Assembly: GCA_016748015.1 (NCBI GenBank)
Contig: JAAOMT010000607.1
Coordinates: 744,001-808,000 of the forward strand
DNA length: 64,000 nucleotides
Direction: 5' to 3'
From: Geosiphon pyriformis uo1
Lineage: Eukaryota > Fungi > Glomeromycota
Shown here piece by piece: positions 27,147-39,611 of the stretch; position 1 is the stretch's first letter; each line of letters opens with the position of its first letter. The notes beneath the pieces were generated by a model. That model did not search any database. It saw only the letters and a list, made by a program, of their open reading frames with translations, and was not told the origin of the DNA. The translations under genes were made by a program, and so were the position numbers.

Positions 27147-30100
27147 TATAATCTTATAAAAAACCAGTATTAACAGCAGTTATCCAAAAGTGGCAGAATC
27201 AGAAATAATAAAAACAAATCATTTAGAATTTGTCAAATCCTTATTTCAGCAGTACCAGCCAACAATTGGGCTTAACCAACAATTATTATCCAGTAAAATC
27301 AGTTTTCAACTTTTACATCAACAAAAGAATCACAGATTTTTTAAAAAGACCAGTTGATATTAAATTAGCAAGAGAAAATTTCTATACAAAATTAATTTAA
27401 CATACCAGTTTACCACAAAATCACAGTTTTGCACCAATCATCAGAGAAATCAATCAAAAATTGAAAGATATACTCAACAACAATTCTCCATTACTTATGC
27501 AAATAAGAGTAAAGGAAAATTACAAACACCAGCAGCAACCCCAAAAGAAATACAATTACCAATGTGGAAGAAACAAAGAATTAAATCTCCACTATATCTA
27601 TTATATTATCACATATCCAGAAATATCATTAATATTACATTAGCAGATGCATCCATATTGAATGCAACATCAATATTTAGATAATTTCTATTTCAAAGTA
27701 AACAAAAAAAAGCAGAATTATTAGGAACATATGGTGATTATTTTGAAAAATTTAAATCATGATTACCAATACCATCTGGATTTCAATTATCACTGCTTCA
27801 ACCAGATTTCAGGACTGTAAGTCTCTGGGAAATAACAGAATCAAAAGAAAAAAAAAATAACAATTAAGAATTCTATTACCATAACCTAATAGTAGAAAAC
27901 CCAGAAGTTAAAACTCCAAAGATTCAAACTCAGAAAAATCAATGCCATTCAAACTCTGATTTTATTAATTAGCAAAACTTACCTTTAGTAATTGTGATCA
28001 ATCAACCACCAATTGACCTAATTGCTGAGCCAATACAGCAACAGCCACCAATACTACTTCAACAACCACCAGTACAACAGCAACAACCAATTATGCCAAT
28101 TGCATACACACCTATCACCAAGCTTGAAAAGTTCACTGGCAAAAAAGATAATATGTAAGTGTGGCTAAATAATATAGAAAAAGCCATTGCAGCCAATAGA
28201 TGAAATAATGTCAGAGCCATGCAAACCATTTCATATTTTCTCCAAGATACTATCAACTCATGGTATCAAAGCTTGATTAACAAATCCCAAGATTTTAATG
28301 CATTTAATCTTGAGTTCCTGCAATATTTTAGCAATAATAACAGCATTAACTGTTTAGCCAATATCTTTACTACTATTAAGCAAAAAAAAACTGAAGCAGT
28401 TACTACTTATTTGGGACACTTTCACAGAAATTTGTGCCAAATTTAAGCAATACAAGCTAATTATTTCACTACATCACAAATCTTGAATTAATTCATTAGA
28501 GGCCTGCACAGTAGCATTCTCTAATATGTATGCCCATTATATTTAGCAGGCCTTTAAGCTGCAGTTACTTATACCAGAGATTTTGAAACTGCAAAATTAG
28601 AAGCCAACCATATCCAAATTGTAAATCTAGTAATAAACAGATCATCTGACTTGGATTCCAAATTGAAACAATTCAGTGATTCAATTAATCAGAAATTAGA
28701 GGAATATTTATCTAACAACAATCAGTTTATTTATCAACTCCCACAACATCACGACAACTCAGAAAACTCCAGTCAGCCTTAAAATCATATGTATTCACAA
28801 TCATCAGTCAATCAACTATAACAACAGAAGACATGTATGTATTATAATTACAGTAAACAAGGTTATCTTAAAGCTAACTGCAGGGCATATTGCAATCAAC
28901 CATGATTGGAGAATCAATATTGAAACCCCAATCACTGATTTTAAACTCCAAACCACTACTTAAATTAAGATTATTATCAATCATATTACACTCAAGTAAC
29001 ACAGCAACCAATCTACCAAACCCCAATTTATCAGATTCCAGCACCAGTTATCTACCAACCACAGCCACAAGTGATATATCAACCTTAACAAATTCAAACT
29101 CTACCACAAAATCTAACCCAGATGTTACCCAGAAACCAAAGACCAAAAATTATTTAGCAAAACTAAAAATCAGCAATGATTGTTCATCAACCAATCCCCA
29201 GTTCATCTAACTATGCCTTAAGATCACATCCCAAAAATTTGGGAAATGGGTACAACCAAAATTCGAGTTCCCAAAACTATCTAAGTCTTCTGGTTACCCC
29301 AGAAAACATCTCAACCAACAACTTAGAAATCTCCCTAAAGCAAACAATTAACAACAACATACCTCCAGCCACTGTCACCAATGACAAATTATTAGCAGCT
29401 ATTTTTCCTTTCAAAATCAAAAAACCAACCAAAACTCCTCTTTTTAGTGGAACCACTCTCAATATGAAATTCATTACTGCCATATACACTGATGTCAAGA
29501 TTGATGGGCAGATCATCAAACTGATCCTAAACAGTGGTTCAGCAGACAGCATTATCACATGACAACTCATAAACCAATTAAGTTGCCAAGTTGATCGTGC
29601 TGTCAGTGCCAGAATTATTACTGCTGATGGAGCCACTAAAACTCCAATTGGCAAAATTGACAATTTTCCCATCAAAGTCAATAGTATCATTGTACTAATC
29701 AAGATTTTAGTTATGGAAGCCACCTAGTACCAAGCTTTTATTGATAATGACTAGTTGTCTAAAACCAACACAGTACTTGACTGGACTATATAAGAGCTCC
29801 AGCTCAGCCAACACAGTTATTACATACAAGTACCAGTAATCTATGGACATTTCAAGCCAATTATTACACAACCACTAATTGAATTTGAAAAAAAAAAGGG
29901 AAAACCTACTTGAAAAGCCTACCAAGTCTTGTGGGCTGATGAAAACCACAATGAATTGCTGCTCATACCTTTTTGAAACAAAGAAAAAGAAATAGAAATA
30001 GAAAATGACTTACTACAAGTGAACACTTTTACTCATACTCCATACACCACCACCACACAAGACCAGTTAAACTACTGTTGACCAAAGCTAATATGCATTA

Positions 30101-30448
30101 ACTGTAACAAAAAATTGTCATCAATAGGCACATGTTGTGGCAATAATAAAGAATGGCCAATGGCAACAAAGTTTTATTGTTATTTCTATGTCCTTAAATA
30201 ATTTAAACAACCAAAGAGACAAGAAAAATGGGACAATAAACTATGTATGGCTTGTAGAGAGATTCTGTTGGATAAAGGAATATGGAATAACATCTCTGGA
30301 TAAGGAGAAACTTGTAATAAATTGTGCCAATACACAATTCTAATTAGTGACTGGATAAGAAAAAAAACTCCCATAAACGCTGCCTGATGACAAGCAGTTA
30401 AATGTCTAAATGGTTGTTCACATGATGACAATAAAATTTGGTATATGG

Positions 30449-31227
30449 TGTTACTCATAGAAATATAGGAAATATATTAGCATAATTATTAGCCAATCAG
30501 AAGTAAGCATAGTAAATGTGGAATTCCAGGATTCCAGGAATTTCAGGATTCCTCAATGAGAAATTGCAGAATTCCAGAATTCCAGGATTCCTGTTGTGAA
30601 GAATCGAGGAATTGAGGAATCTCAATTATGTATATATAGTAATAGTATTAGAAACAGAAAAAACAGAATTGATACCACAGAATTCTTAGCCTAGAAACAA
30701 AAATCATCAAATAAATAATTATTTCATATCTCAATCTACTCTTTACTATTAACACTTCATGTTGATAATAAGTGATACTTAACTACACTGGAACAATAGC
30801 TCTTGATCATGGCTATTAACAAAATACTAATCTGTAAATTGCCTTGGCTTATTTCTTTTCTTTCTTTATTTTTCTTTATTTTATTTTGATTTATTATTGT
30901 GCACTAACCCATTGATTGAAAAGCACTGATTACTGACATCAAAGATTGCCTGGTAAAAGACCCCTGCAAGAGGGTAGGACACGTACAGAAAATACAGATT
31001 ACTTACCAGAAGATTGCCAGCCACCAAGCCAAGAAAAGAATTGACAGACTTGCAAGTTTGAGAAGCTACGGATAAAACAACTATTGAATCTCTGTCTATT
31101 ATACAAAAGACTCCATCAAAATCTTCAGATACAATGCTCGCAGAACCTCATCAATGGAAGTAGCTTCACAAGCACCAAGTTACAGGTTTGTTATTTACTT
31201 CAACAGCAGAAATAATCCCCTGTAACA
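30449..31227 (+). mobile_element. Solo LTR, family C, inserted in element A pol
   Basis: TGTTAC...TGTAACA termini, perfect 4-bp TSD ATGG on both sides, GGAATTCC-type short repeats. The host reading frame resumes across it. Confidence 0.92.
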
Positions 31228-31755
31228 ATGGTTCTTACCAAAATCAAAGAAATGTCATCAAAAGAAATAAGAATAATTAAAAACAACTCACCAGAACCTA
31301 TAAAACTTAATTGGGGCCCAAATTCAGATATTGTCTTAGACCCTATAAACTCAGAACAATTCCATGAACATTACCAAAAATTAGCATCTACAAGGGAAAA
31401 ACAAAAACAACATTTAGAGCAGTTGAACACTCAACTGTGTCAACATTGCTTGATTTTATGTGACTTTTAATATTATAATAAGTGTAATCTTACTTACAAT
31501 CCACCACCACACATAATCTACATAATCCTATAAGAGAAAAAACCAATCAGCAGCTGTGCATCTAAATCAGAATCAATGTTCAATTCCAATTCAAACTTTG
31601 ACAACAATGATGACAATAACAATAGTTCCAGCTCCGTCTAATATGGCAACCAAACTAATAACAATTCAAACTCCGATTCAAACCCCAAACAATACATTGC
31701 ATTCTCAGATTTTTTTAAGGAACAGGAACTTAAATGGTTTAGTGATAATAATAAA

Positions 31756-32154
31756 GGTATTATGCCAGAATGCACACATAATATCAATGCAGGGTTTAAT
31801 CTGAGATATTCAGGAAAAAAAGCCATCAACTTAGAACCACATTCACACACTTGCATTAATCTTAAAATAGCACTAGAAATTCTAACAACCACCATGGTTC
31901 AATTAGCATCTAGGAGTAGTTTAGTGAAAAAAGAAATCAATATACAAAGAGAAATAATTAATACAGAATATATATGAAATATTATTGCAATACTACAAAA
32001 TAACTCAGAAAAGACTTACATCATAAAACCAAATAAAAAGATGACACAGACAATATTTCTGCCTCTGATTAAAGTAGCTCAGTTAGTTTCAGTGGAAAAT
32101 AGAAAAAAATTAGGAATTACAGCAAGAGAGATAAGTGGATTTGGATCCATGAAT
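31756..32154 (+). pseudogene. dUTPase domain of element A
   Basis: Decayed dUTPase motifs 1-5: AGFNLRY, VQLASRSSL, IINTEY..NI, KMTQ, REISGFGSM. Confidence 0.85.
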
Positions 32155-32606
32155 AAAATAAATATACCAGTCAATATGACAGAAGAAGAAATTGTTAACA
32201 AGAGGGAAATTATCTCCATCTATCAACCAATTTCTATTCTACTATATGACCAATACATATTAACAATAGAAAAGAAAGTAAGAAATCAAGCCCAGATTTT
32301 TAAAACAGAGCCAACTATTTGTAAATCAGAAGAAATTGGACTTACTAATCTCTATATACCAGTCAAGAACTATCATTATATCAAAATTTCTATCTACAAC
32401 ATAACTGGAAACGTTATTACCAGTAGAATTTTAGCTAGTAATTAGCATAAAATTATTCTTATAATTTTTATTATTAATTAGCATATTATTATCATTTCAA
32501 TTATTACTTATTATTTAATCAAATTATCAAATATCATTACTCAATCAATAATCCGATTTGTATCATAAAAATTAAGATGATCAAATTACACAATATCTTG
32601 AACCAT

Positions 32607-33623
32607 TATTACAGGTGATTATTTGGGGTGTTGATGAATAACAAACCTGTAACTTGGTACTTAAGATGATTGGTGACAATAATAATCTGAAGGTATTTTA
32701 TTTGAAGGTTTTCCAATTGAGTTCTTTGTATAATGGATAGAGATTCAATGGTAACAGTTTATCAGTAGTTTTCTGAAACCATAGTTTTGTCGATGGCTTG
32801 CTCAGCTTGATGGTTGATGATTCTCCTGGTATGATATCCTTCGTAAGTGTATACCAGTGCTGTTTCCTGACATCAGTTCCTCTGTAAGTCCTCCAAGAAT
32901 AAGTATTGTTTAAGCAAGTTTATTTTTCCATAAGTCTTCCAAGAGTAAGTATTTTTCTAGTAAGCTTTATTTCTCTGTAAGTCCTCCAAGAGTAAATCCT
33001 TTAATCAAGTTAGTAGACAACAAAAAAAATAAAGAAAGATAAAAGAAAAAATAAGAAATAAGCCAAGGTGATTTGCAAGTTAGTATTCCGTCAATAGCCA
33101 TGATCAAGAGCTATTGTTTCAGTATGGTTAAGTATTAGTTACCATCAACATGAAGTGTTGATAGTGAAGAATGAATTTGATATAGTGAATAATTATTTAT
33201 TTGAGGATTAGTAGTAACTAAGCTGAGAATTTTTGGTGTTGATTCTCTTTTTTTTTTAATTTTAATAATTATGATTTTGTGAGTCTAATTGATTCTATGA
33301 GTCTAATTGACTCTGTGAATCAATTGACTCTAAGTCCTATTGATTAATTTTCTAATTTTTGATATTACTGCTATATATACGTATTTGAAATTCCTCAATT
33401 CCTCAATTTTTCATGTCAAGAATCCTGAAATTCTTGGAATTCTGCAATTTTTTTGAGAGGAATTCTGGAATTCTGGAATCCTGCAATTCCTTGTGTGAGA
33501 ATCCTGCAATTCCTGGAATCCTGCAATTCCTCTGAAAGGAATTCTGGAATTCCACATTTACTATGTCTACCTATGATTGGCTAATTTATATGCTAATATA
33601 CTTTCTATATTTTATGAGTAACA
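32607..33623 (-). mobile_element. Solo LTR, family C-related, inverted, inside the 5' LTR of element D
   Basis: T(G>A)TTACAG...GAGTAACA termini and 4-bp TSD CCAT. The empty site gaaccatttaatatag is present in the 3' LTR near 47715. Confidence 0.9.
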
Positions 33624-34457
33624 CCATTTAATATAGTCAAAATTTGCTGAAATTAATGAAAATTGGCCGAAATAATTAATAGTTTAGTGAAATAACTTGT
33701 AGTTTGCTGAAATGTATCTTTAGTTTACCAAAATTGTAACAAAAAGAAAAGTGCAAGTTCAAAAACTAGTACTACAACAAGTTGTATAAAAAAAAAGCTT
33801 CTCTCTTTAAGAAAATATATTTTTTCATAATATTTTATCATAGTATCCTACTTTAAATATCTTAAATTGAAACAAATTACCTTTTACACATCTCAAATAA
33901 AAATTAAAATATTCAAAAACCAAATCTTTGAATTATTATACTTGAAATTTCCTTAACACAACTAACATTTTGAAATTGATTAGCTACCAATTTCAGTAAT
34001 CTGTTAATAACTTCAGACCTAGATAAAAAATGTTTCTCTTGACAAAATTCTATTTCTTTTACATTTTTTTTATTTTTATTTTTATTTTCTTATTATAATC
34101 ATTAAGGTAGCCTACAGATGAGATTCTTGTAGAAGAGTTGACTTTGACAGCAAAATAACTACACATTTTTAGTGAGCTTTCAGATGAGCAATTCCTGGGA
34201 AAAAGTTGATGTTTACTACAATATAATTACACAAAGTAACTGATATAAAATTGGCCATTCTATTTATAAGCCCAGCAGTTCAAATTATAAGAGATAATTT
34301 GAAAATAAATTCAGTTACTGAAGGTCCAACTACTTCCTGAGAATATGAATTCACAGCAAATTAACATTAACAACATTCAAGAAAAGAGACCAAAAATTTC
34401 TGGTAATATTTGGTGTTCTTCCATAGAAATAACACAGCAATAACAACTTCAAAGTGG

Positions 34458-35436
34458 TGTTACCAGACGAAATTAGAAATATTATTTAGCATAAAATTAT
34501 TTTTATAATTCCTATCATTAATTAGCATATATTATCATTTTAAATTATCACTTATTACATTAGCAAAATATCCGAAATTATCATTTAATTAATAACCCAA
34601 TTTGTACATAACACAAATGTACCCTAATTGCAATAATCAATTATGCAATACCCCAAAATATATAACATTCAAAAGTTCACCAAAATTTGTAGAAATTCAC
34701 CAAAATAATTGATAGTTCACCGAAATATCTAATAGTTTGCAGAAATAACTTGTAGTTCACCGAAATGTATCTTTAGTTTAGCAAAATTGTAGAAAAGAGC
34801 AAAGTTCAAGTTCATGGAATAGTGTTACAACAAGTTGTATAAAAAAAAAGCTTTTCTCTTCGAGAAAATATATCTTATTTTAGATTTATCACTTAGAACC
34901 ATTCCTATACACACAAAAAGAAATAAATATTAAATAATTTAAAAAACCAAATTCTTTAATTATTGCACTTGGAAAATCCCCAAAACTCAACTAACATTTT
35001 GAAATTGATTAACTACCAATTTCAGTAAACTGTTAGTGATTCCAGACCTGAATAGAAAATGTTCTCTTGATAAAAACCTATTTCTTTTACATTTCTTTCA
35101 TTTTTATTTTTTTTTTCTTATTACAATTATTAAGGTAGCTTACAGACGAGATTCCTGTAAAAGAGTTGACTTTCACAGCAAAGTAACTACACATTTTTAG
35201 TAAGCTTCCAGATGAGTAATTCCTAGGAAAGAGTTGACATTTACTACAACGTAACTACACAAGTAACTGGCATAGAATTGGCCATTCCACTTATAAGCCC
35301 AGCAGTTCAAATTATAGGAGATAATTTGAAGATAAAATTCAGTTATCGGAGGTTTAAACACTTTTTATAGTCGTGAATTAACAGCATTACAACAAACATA
35401 CAAGAGCTAAGAAGAGACCAAAAATCTCTAGTAACA
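34458..35436 (+). mobile_element. Solo LTR, D-related subfamily, inserted just downstream of element D PBS
   Basis: TGTTACCAG...GTAACA termini, TSD GTGG/GTAG. The empty site aaagtggcaacc is seen at 58506. Confidence 0.9.
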
Positions 35437-38400
35437 GTAGTGACTATACCAGACACAACAACTCTAGAGTATTATCAGTCAATTTACACTTACTGCAAAC
35501 AAAGATTCAACATCCCAGACAGAATTAAAGTTGTCAAAAAATCAGTATACCAATACATTAAAAACTGCATCAACAATTATTTTTTTGGAAACTACAACAT
35601 TTCAGAAGTTAGAAACAATCTTTACAATAATTTATTGCACTATTCACAACTGAAAACTGAAGACCTTAACAGTGAAACACTTGCCATCTACTTCCAAGAA
35701 CTTAATTTTAGCATTATTCAGTATTGTAAAAAAAAATATTCAGTACAGTCTAAATACTCTATTAACTTTGAATTAGAGACAGAAACAAGCAACAAAGGCA
35801 AACAAAAAATGAAACAATACTCAAAAACCACTCCAAACACTCCAATACTACCAAAGACAATTGCCAAACACTTGCAAACACCTAAACAAGGAACCAGTAT
35901 TAAATTACCACTTTCTATTACACTATTTCCAATTTTATTTGCTCGACCACAAACACCAAATTTACTACTTACCTATTTCTCCAAACCAGAAAATTTTCAG
36001 TTATCTAAAAATCCTATTCAACAGCAGGAACCAATATCAACCAGCACCAATATTATTAATTACTTACAAGAAAATAAAAATAATTATTTAGAGAACTTAG
36101 AAAATAAAAAACTGAATCAAAACAAAAAAAACCTACAAAGAACAAAAAAAAAATGGCAACTGCTTATATTACAAAAATCCCAGAATTTACTGGTAAAGAT
36201 AATGATACTAGTCCTCAAAAATGGCTTAACAAAGTTCAAAAAGCAGGAGATACAAATGGTTGGAATGCAGCAAAAATGCTCAAAGCAATTCTATACTTTC
36301 TCTAAGGAATTGTAGGAGAATAGTTAAAAAACTTAGAAGAATCATTTGAAAACTGGCAAGCATTCAAAAATGCTTTCTTATAACAATTTACCAACAACAA
36401 CACCTTTATCACTCTTCACAATTGCTTTCACAATATCAAACAAGAAACCTTTAAAACTGTTATAACTTATCTTGGAAGATTTAACAAACTTCTTTAACAA
36501 ATTTGACAATTAGAAACCAATGAATATTATTCCAATGTCCAGATTTTGGATCAGTTTATAGCAGGGTTAAAAAACAAGTTAATCAAGAAAGTTTACTCAC
36601 ATGTTCCAGAAAACTTAGCAACAGCCATTAGACATGCAAAGAAATATAAAATGGCAATAGAAAAAGCAAACCACACCAAACTTGTAAATTTTGCTATTGG
36701 AAAAACCAGCTTAGCAGCTGAAGAGAAAATTGACCAACTTACAAAAAAAGTTGAAAACTATTTTACCAACCAACAATAATAGCAACAACCACAAAGATAT
36801 TAGCCACCACAGTAATAAAACCAAAACAACTACTTATTACCAACAAACAGCCAAAACCAAAGTTGTTATTATTGTGAGATTCCAAGACATTGGAAACAAG
36901 ATTGCAGAAAGCTACAAAGAGACCAACAAAACAGGAGTAATTAACATTACCCTTCAACACAGCAATTTCATTATCAGCCTCTACCACCAGCCTATTATTC
37001 CTTAAAACCACAACAGCAAACCAATTACTATTAACTTGCTCCATAGTAACAATATTAACAATCTCTACCAACTCAACAGTATTAACAACCACCTACACAA
37101 CAATATCAAATACCAGCCCAAAAATTGGTTTAACATAACCAATTCACACCACAAAATTAATTTCAGAATAATAACAACAGAATCAATTCAAACAACCAAT
37201 TGGTTCTCCAAAATTATGGTTAGCAAAAACCCAATTACTACTATATTCAATCCAGTTATCTCACAATGCCTGAAAAATCGAATTTTTAACAAACTGTACT
37301 TTTTGAAAGTAAAGTTGCAGTACCAAAATCAAACCCTTCTAACAATACTATTTTACCAGCTTAAATTGCTCAAAATGCCAACTTCTCAAATATATTTCCA
37401 TTTAAATTTGAAGCCAATAAATCACCATTCTTGCTTAGCAATGCAGCAGTCAATGAACAAAAAGCAATCACTGCTATATATATTAAAGCTAAGGTAGAAA
37501 AAAAACAAATCCACTTAATTCTAGACAGTGGATCTGTTGGAAGCATTATTACTTACCAACTGATACAACAGCTTGGAAAAAATGTTGACAGATTAGTCCA
37601 AACTGTTATTTTTATAGCAAATGGGATAAAAAAGACATTAGTAGGAGAAATTGACAATTTTTTATTCACCATTGATGGAATCATCATTCCAGTTAAAGTT
37701 TTAGTCATGGATGTACCACAATACCAAGCTCTTGTCAGAAATAATTAGCTTCTCAAGGCCAATGCAAATTTAGATTGAAAAACCCAAGAATTGAAGATTT
37801 CATACCAAGAACAATACACCAAAGTACCTGTCATCTATAATACTTTTAATAAGAAATTTGAAAAAGCTCTAGTATTCGAATTTGAAAAGAAAAAAGAATT
37901 ACCAATTATTGAAACCTTTATGGCTTTTGAATCACCATTCAATTGGGCTGAAGAAACAGAACAAAAAATCTTTGAAGAGACCAGAAGATGGAATGTAGTT
38001 AGATATTCCATACCAGAACCACAAAAACAACTACCTTATATTCCACTTAAATACAAAGATTGTAAAAAAAAACTTTCATTAATGAGAGCATATATTTTTC
38101 CAAAAGAGGAATATGAAACTCCTACCTGTTATTTTTGCAAAGCATACTATAGAGAACGATTTAGATATTTCAAAAGAAGTGAAAAATAAGACAACACTCT
38201 TTGTCTTACATGTGAAGATATGCTATTAGAAGAATACAACTGGATTAATGTTGCAATGAAAGGAGGAGTATGTAATCAAACCTGCCAATATGCCTTATCA
38301 ATTTCGGAAAAAGTCAGAAGAAGAATACTTTTTGATGCAGCATACAACAGTGCTTTTAACAAACTCTACTACTACTCTTATGATGCTGAAATAATCTTTG

Positions 38401-38801
38401 ATCTAGCAATGGCTTTAATTAATAGAGCCATACAGAAAGATATCTACCAAATGAAAAAAGTTGAGTACATTGAATACACAATAGAATTAGCTGAATTCAA
38501 TTATAAAGATGAAGTAGAAACATACTACCAAATTGCAAGTCACACTTATCTAACCCAAGAAGCTCAAATTTAACAATTAGAGCAAATGAACATTCAATTG
38601 TGTAAGGAATACATCATGCCATGTAATGACAAATGGTGTTCAGAATGCTATGCTTTTAGCATCTCCTTGCCCAGCAAAGATGACCAGGAGAAAATTGAGT
38701 TTGGAGAACATAAGTCAGAAGAAAGAATTACAACAACACCAATCTATCTTACTGAAAACCAGTCTGCTATACAACTCAAATATTTTAACAACAATAAAAA
38801 A

Positions 38802-39200
38802 GGAATAAAACCAGAAAAAGCCTACGAAATTGATGCAGAATATGATCTAAGATATCTTGGCAAAAATACTTTGGTTTTTTAACCAAAATTCTTAATCAAA
38901 ATCAACCTTAGAATTGCTCTTGAAATACCACCAAGAGCAATAGTACAAATTGTTTCTCAATCATCATTGGCAAGCAAAAAAATCAATGTTAGAGGAGAAG
39001 TTATAGATACAGAATATACTGAAAATATTATCATCATGTTACAGAATGAAACAGACAAACCATTTAGGATTGAACATGCTGAAAAAATTGCCCAAGCAAT
39101 TTACTTACTCTTAATCAACATTTTGGGTTTACAATCAGTTAACAATAGAGAACAATTGGAAAAAAGTGAAAGAGAAACTCAAGGTTTTGGTTTAATTGGA
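38802..39200 (+). pseudogene. dUTPase domain of element D
   Basis: IDAEYDLRY, LRIALEIPP, VIDTEYTENI, EKIAQAI, ERETQGFGLIG. Confidence 0.85.
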
Positions 39201-39611
39201 CAATTTACAGTTTTAGTAAATATAGCTTTTAATGTACAAAATAAATTTCACCAGATTCTTCAACTTCCCCAACCAATTACCATTTCACTTTTTGGAGAAC
39301 ATAACGAAATTTACACTTGCTCAAAACCCACCACTACTCAACAAATCTTTGAATTTAATGAACAAATCTGTTCAAAGCATAAAATTTTAATCCCAAATGT
39401 TTATATTCCCAAAAGAATGAAAAAATTTCAAGTCACATTCTACAACCTTAATAATTACCTTATTGTTTTATTGAATAAATTAAAGATTGGAATCATACAC
39501 AGTAACATTTTCCAAGATAAAAACTCTTAAATTGTCTCTAATTTCATTGGAATTATGAGACATATTCTACTTCTTAACCCAAACATTATCTCTACTACTG
39601 AAAGCTACTAC

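Noticed and set aside
33080-33170. Hammerhead ribozyme in the LTR hairpin region
   Set aside because: The CUGAnGA...GAAA core and three-stem geometry are not conserved across copies.
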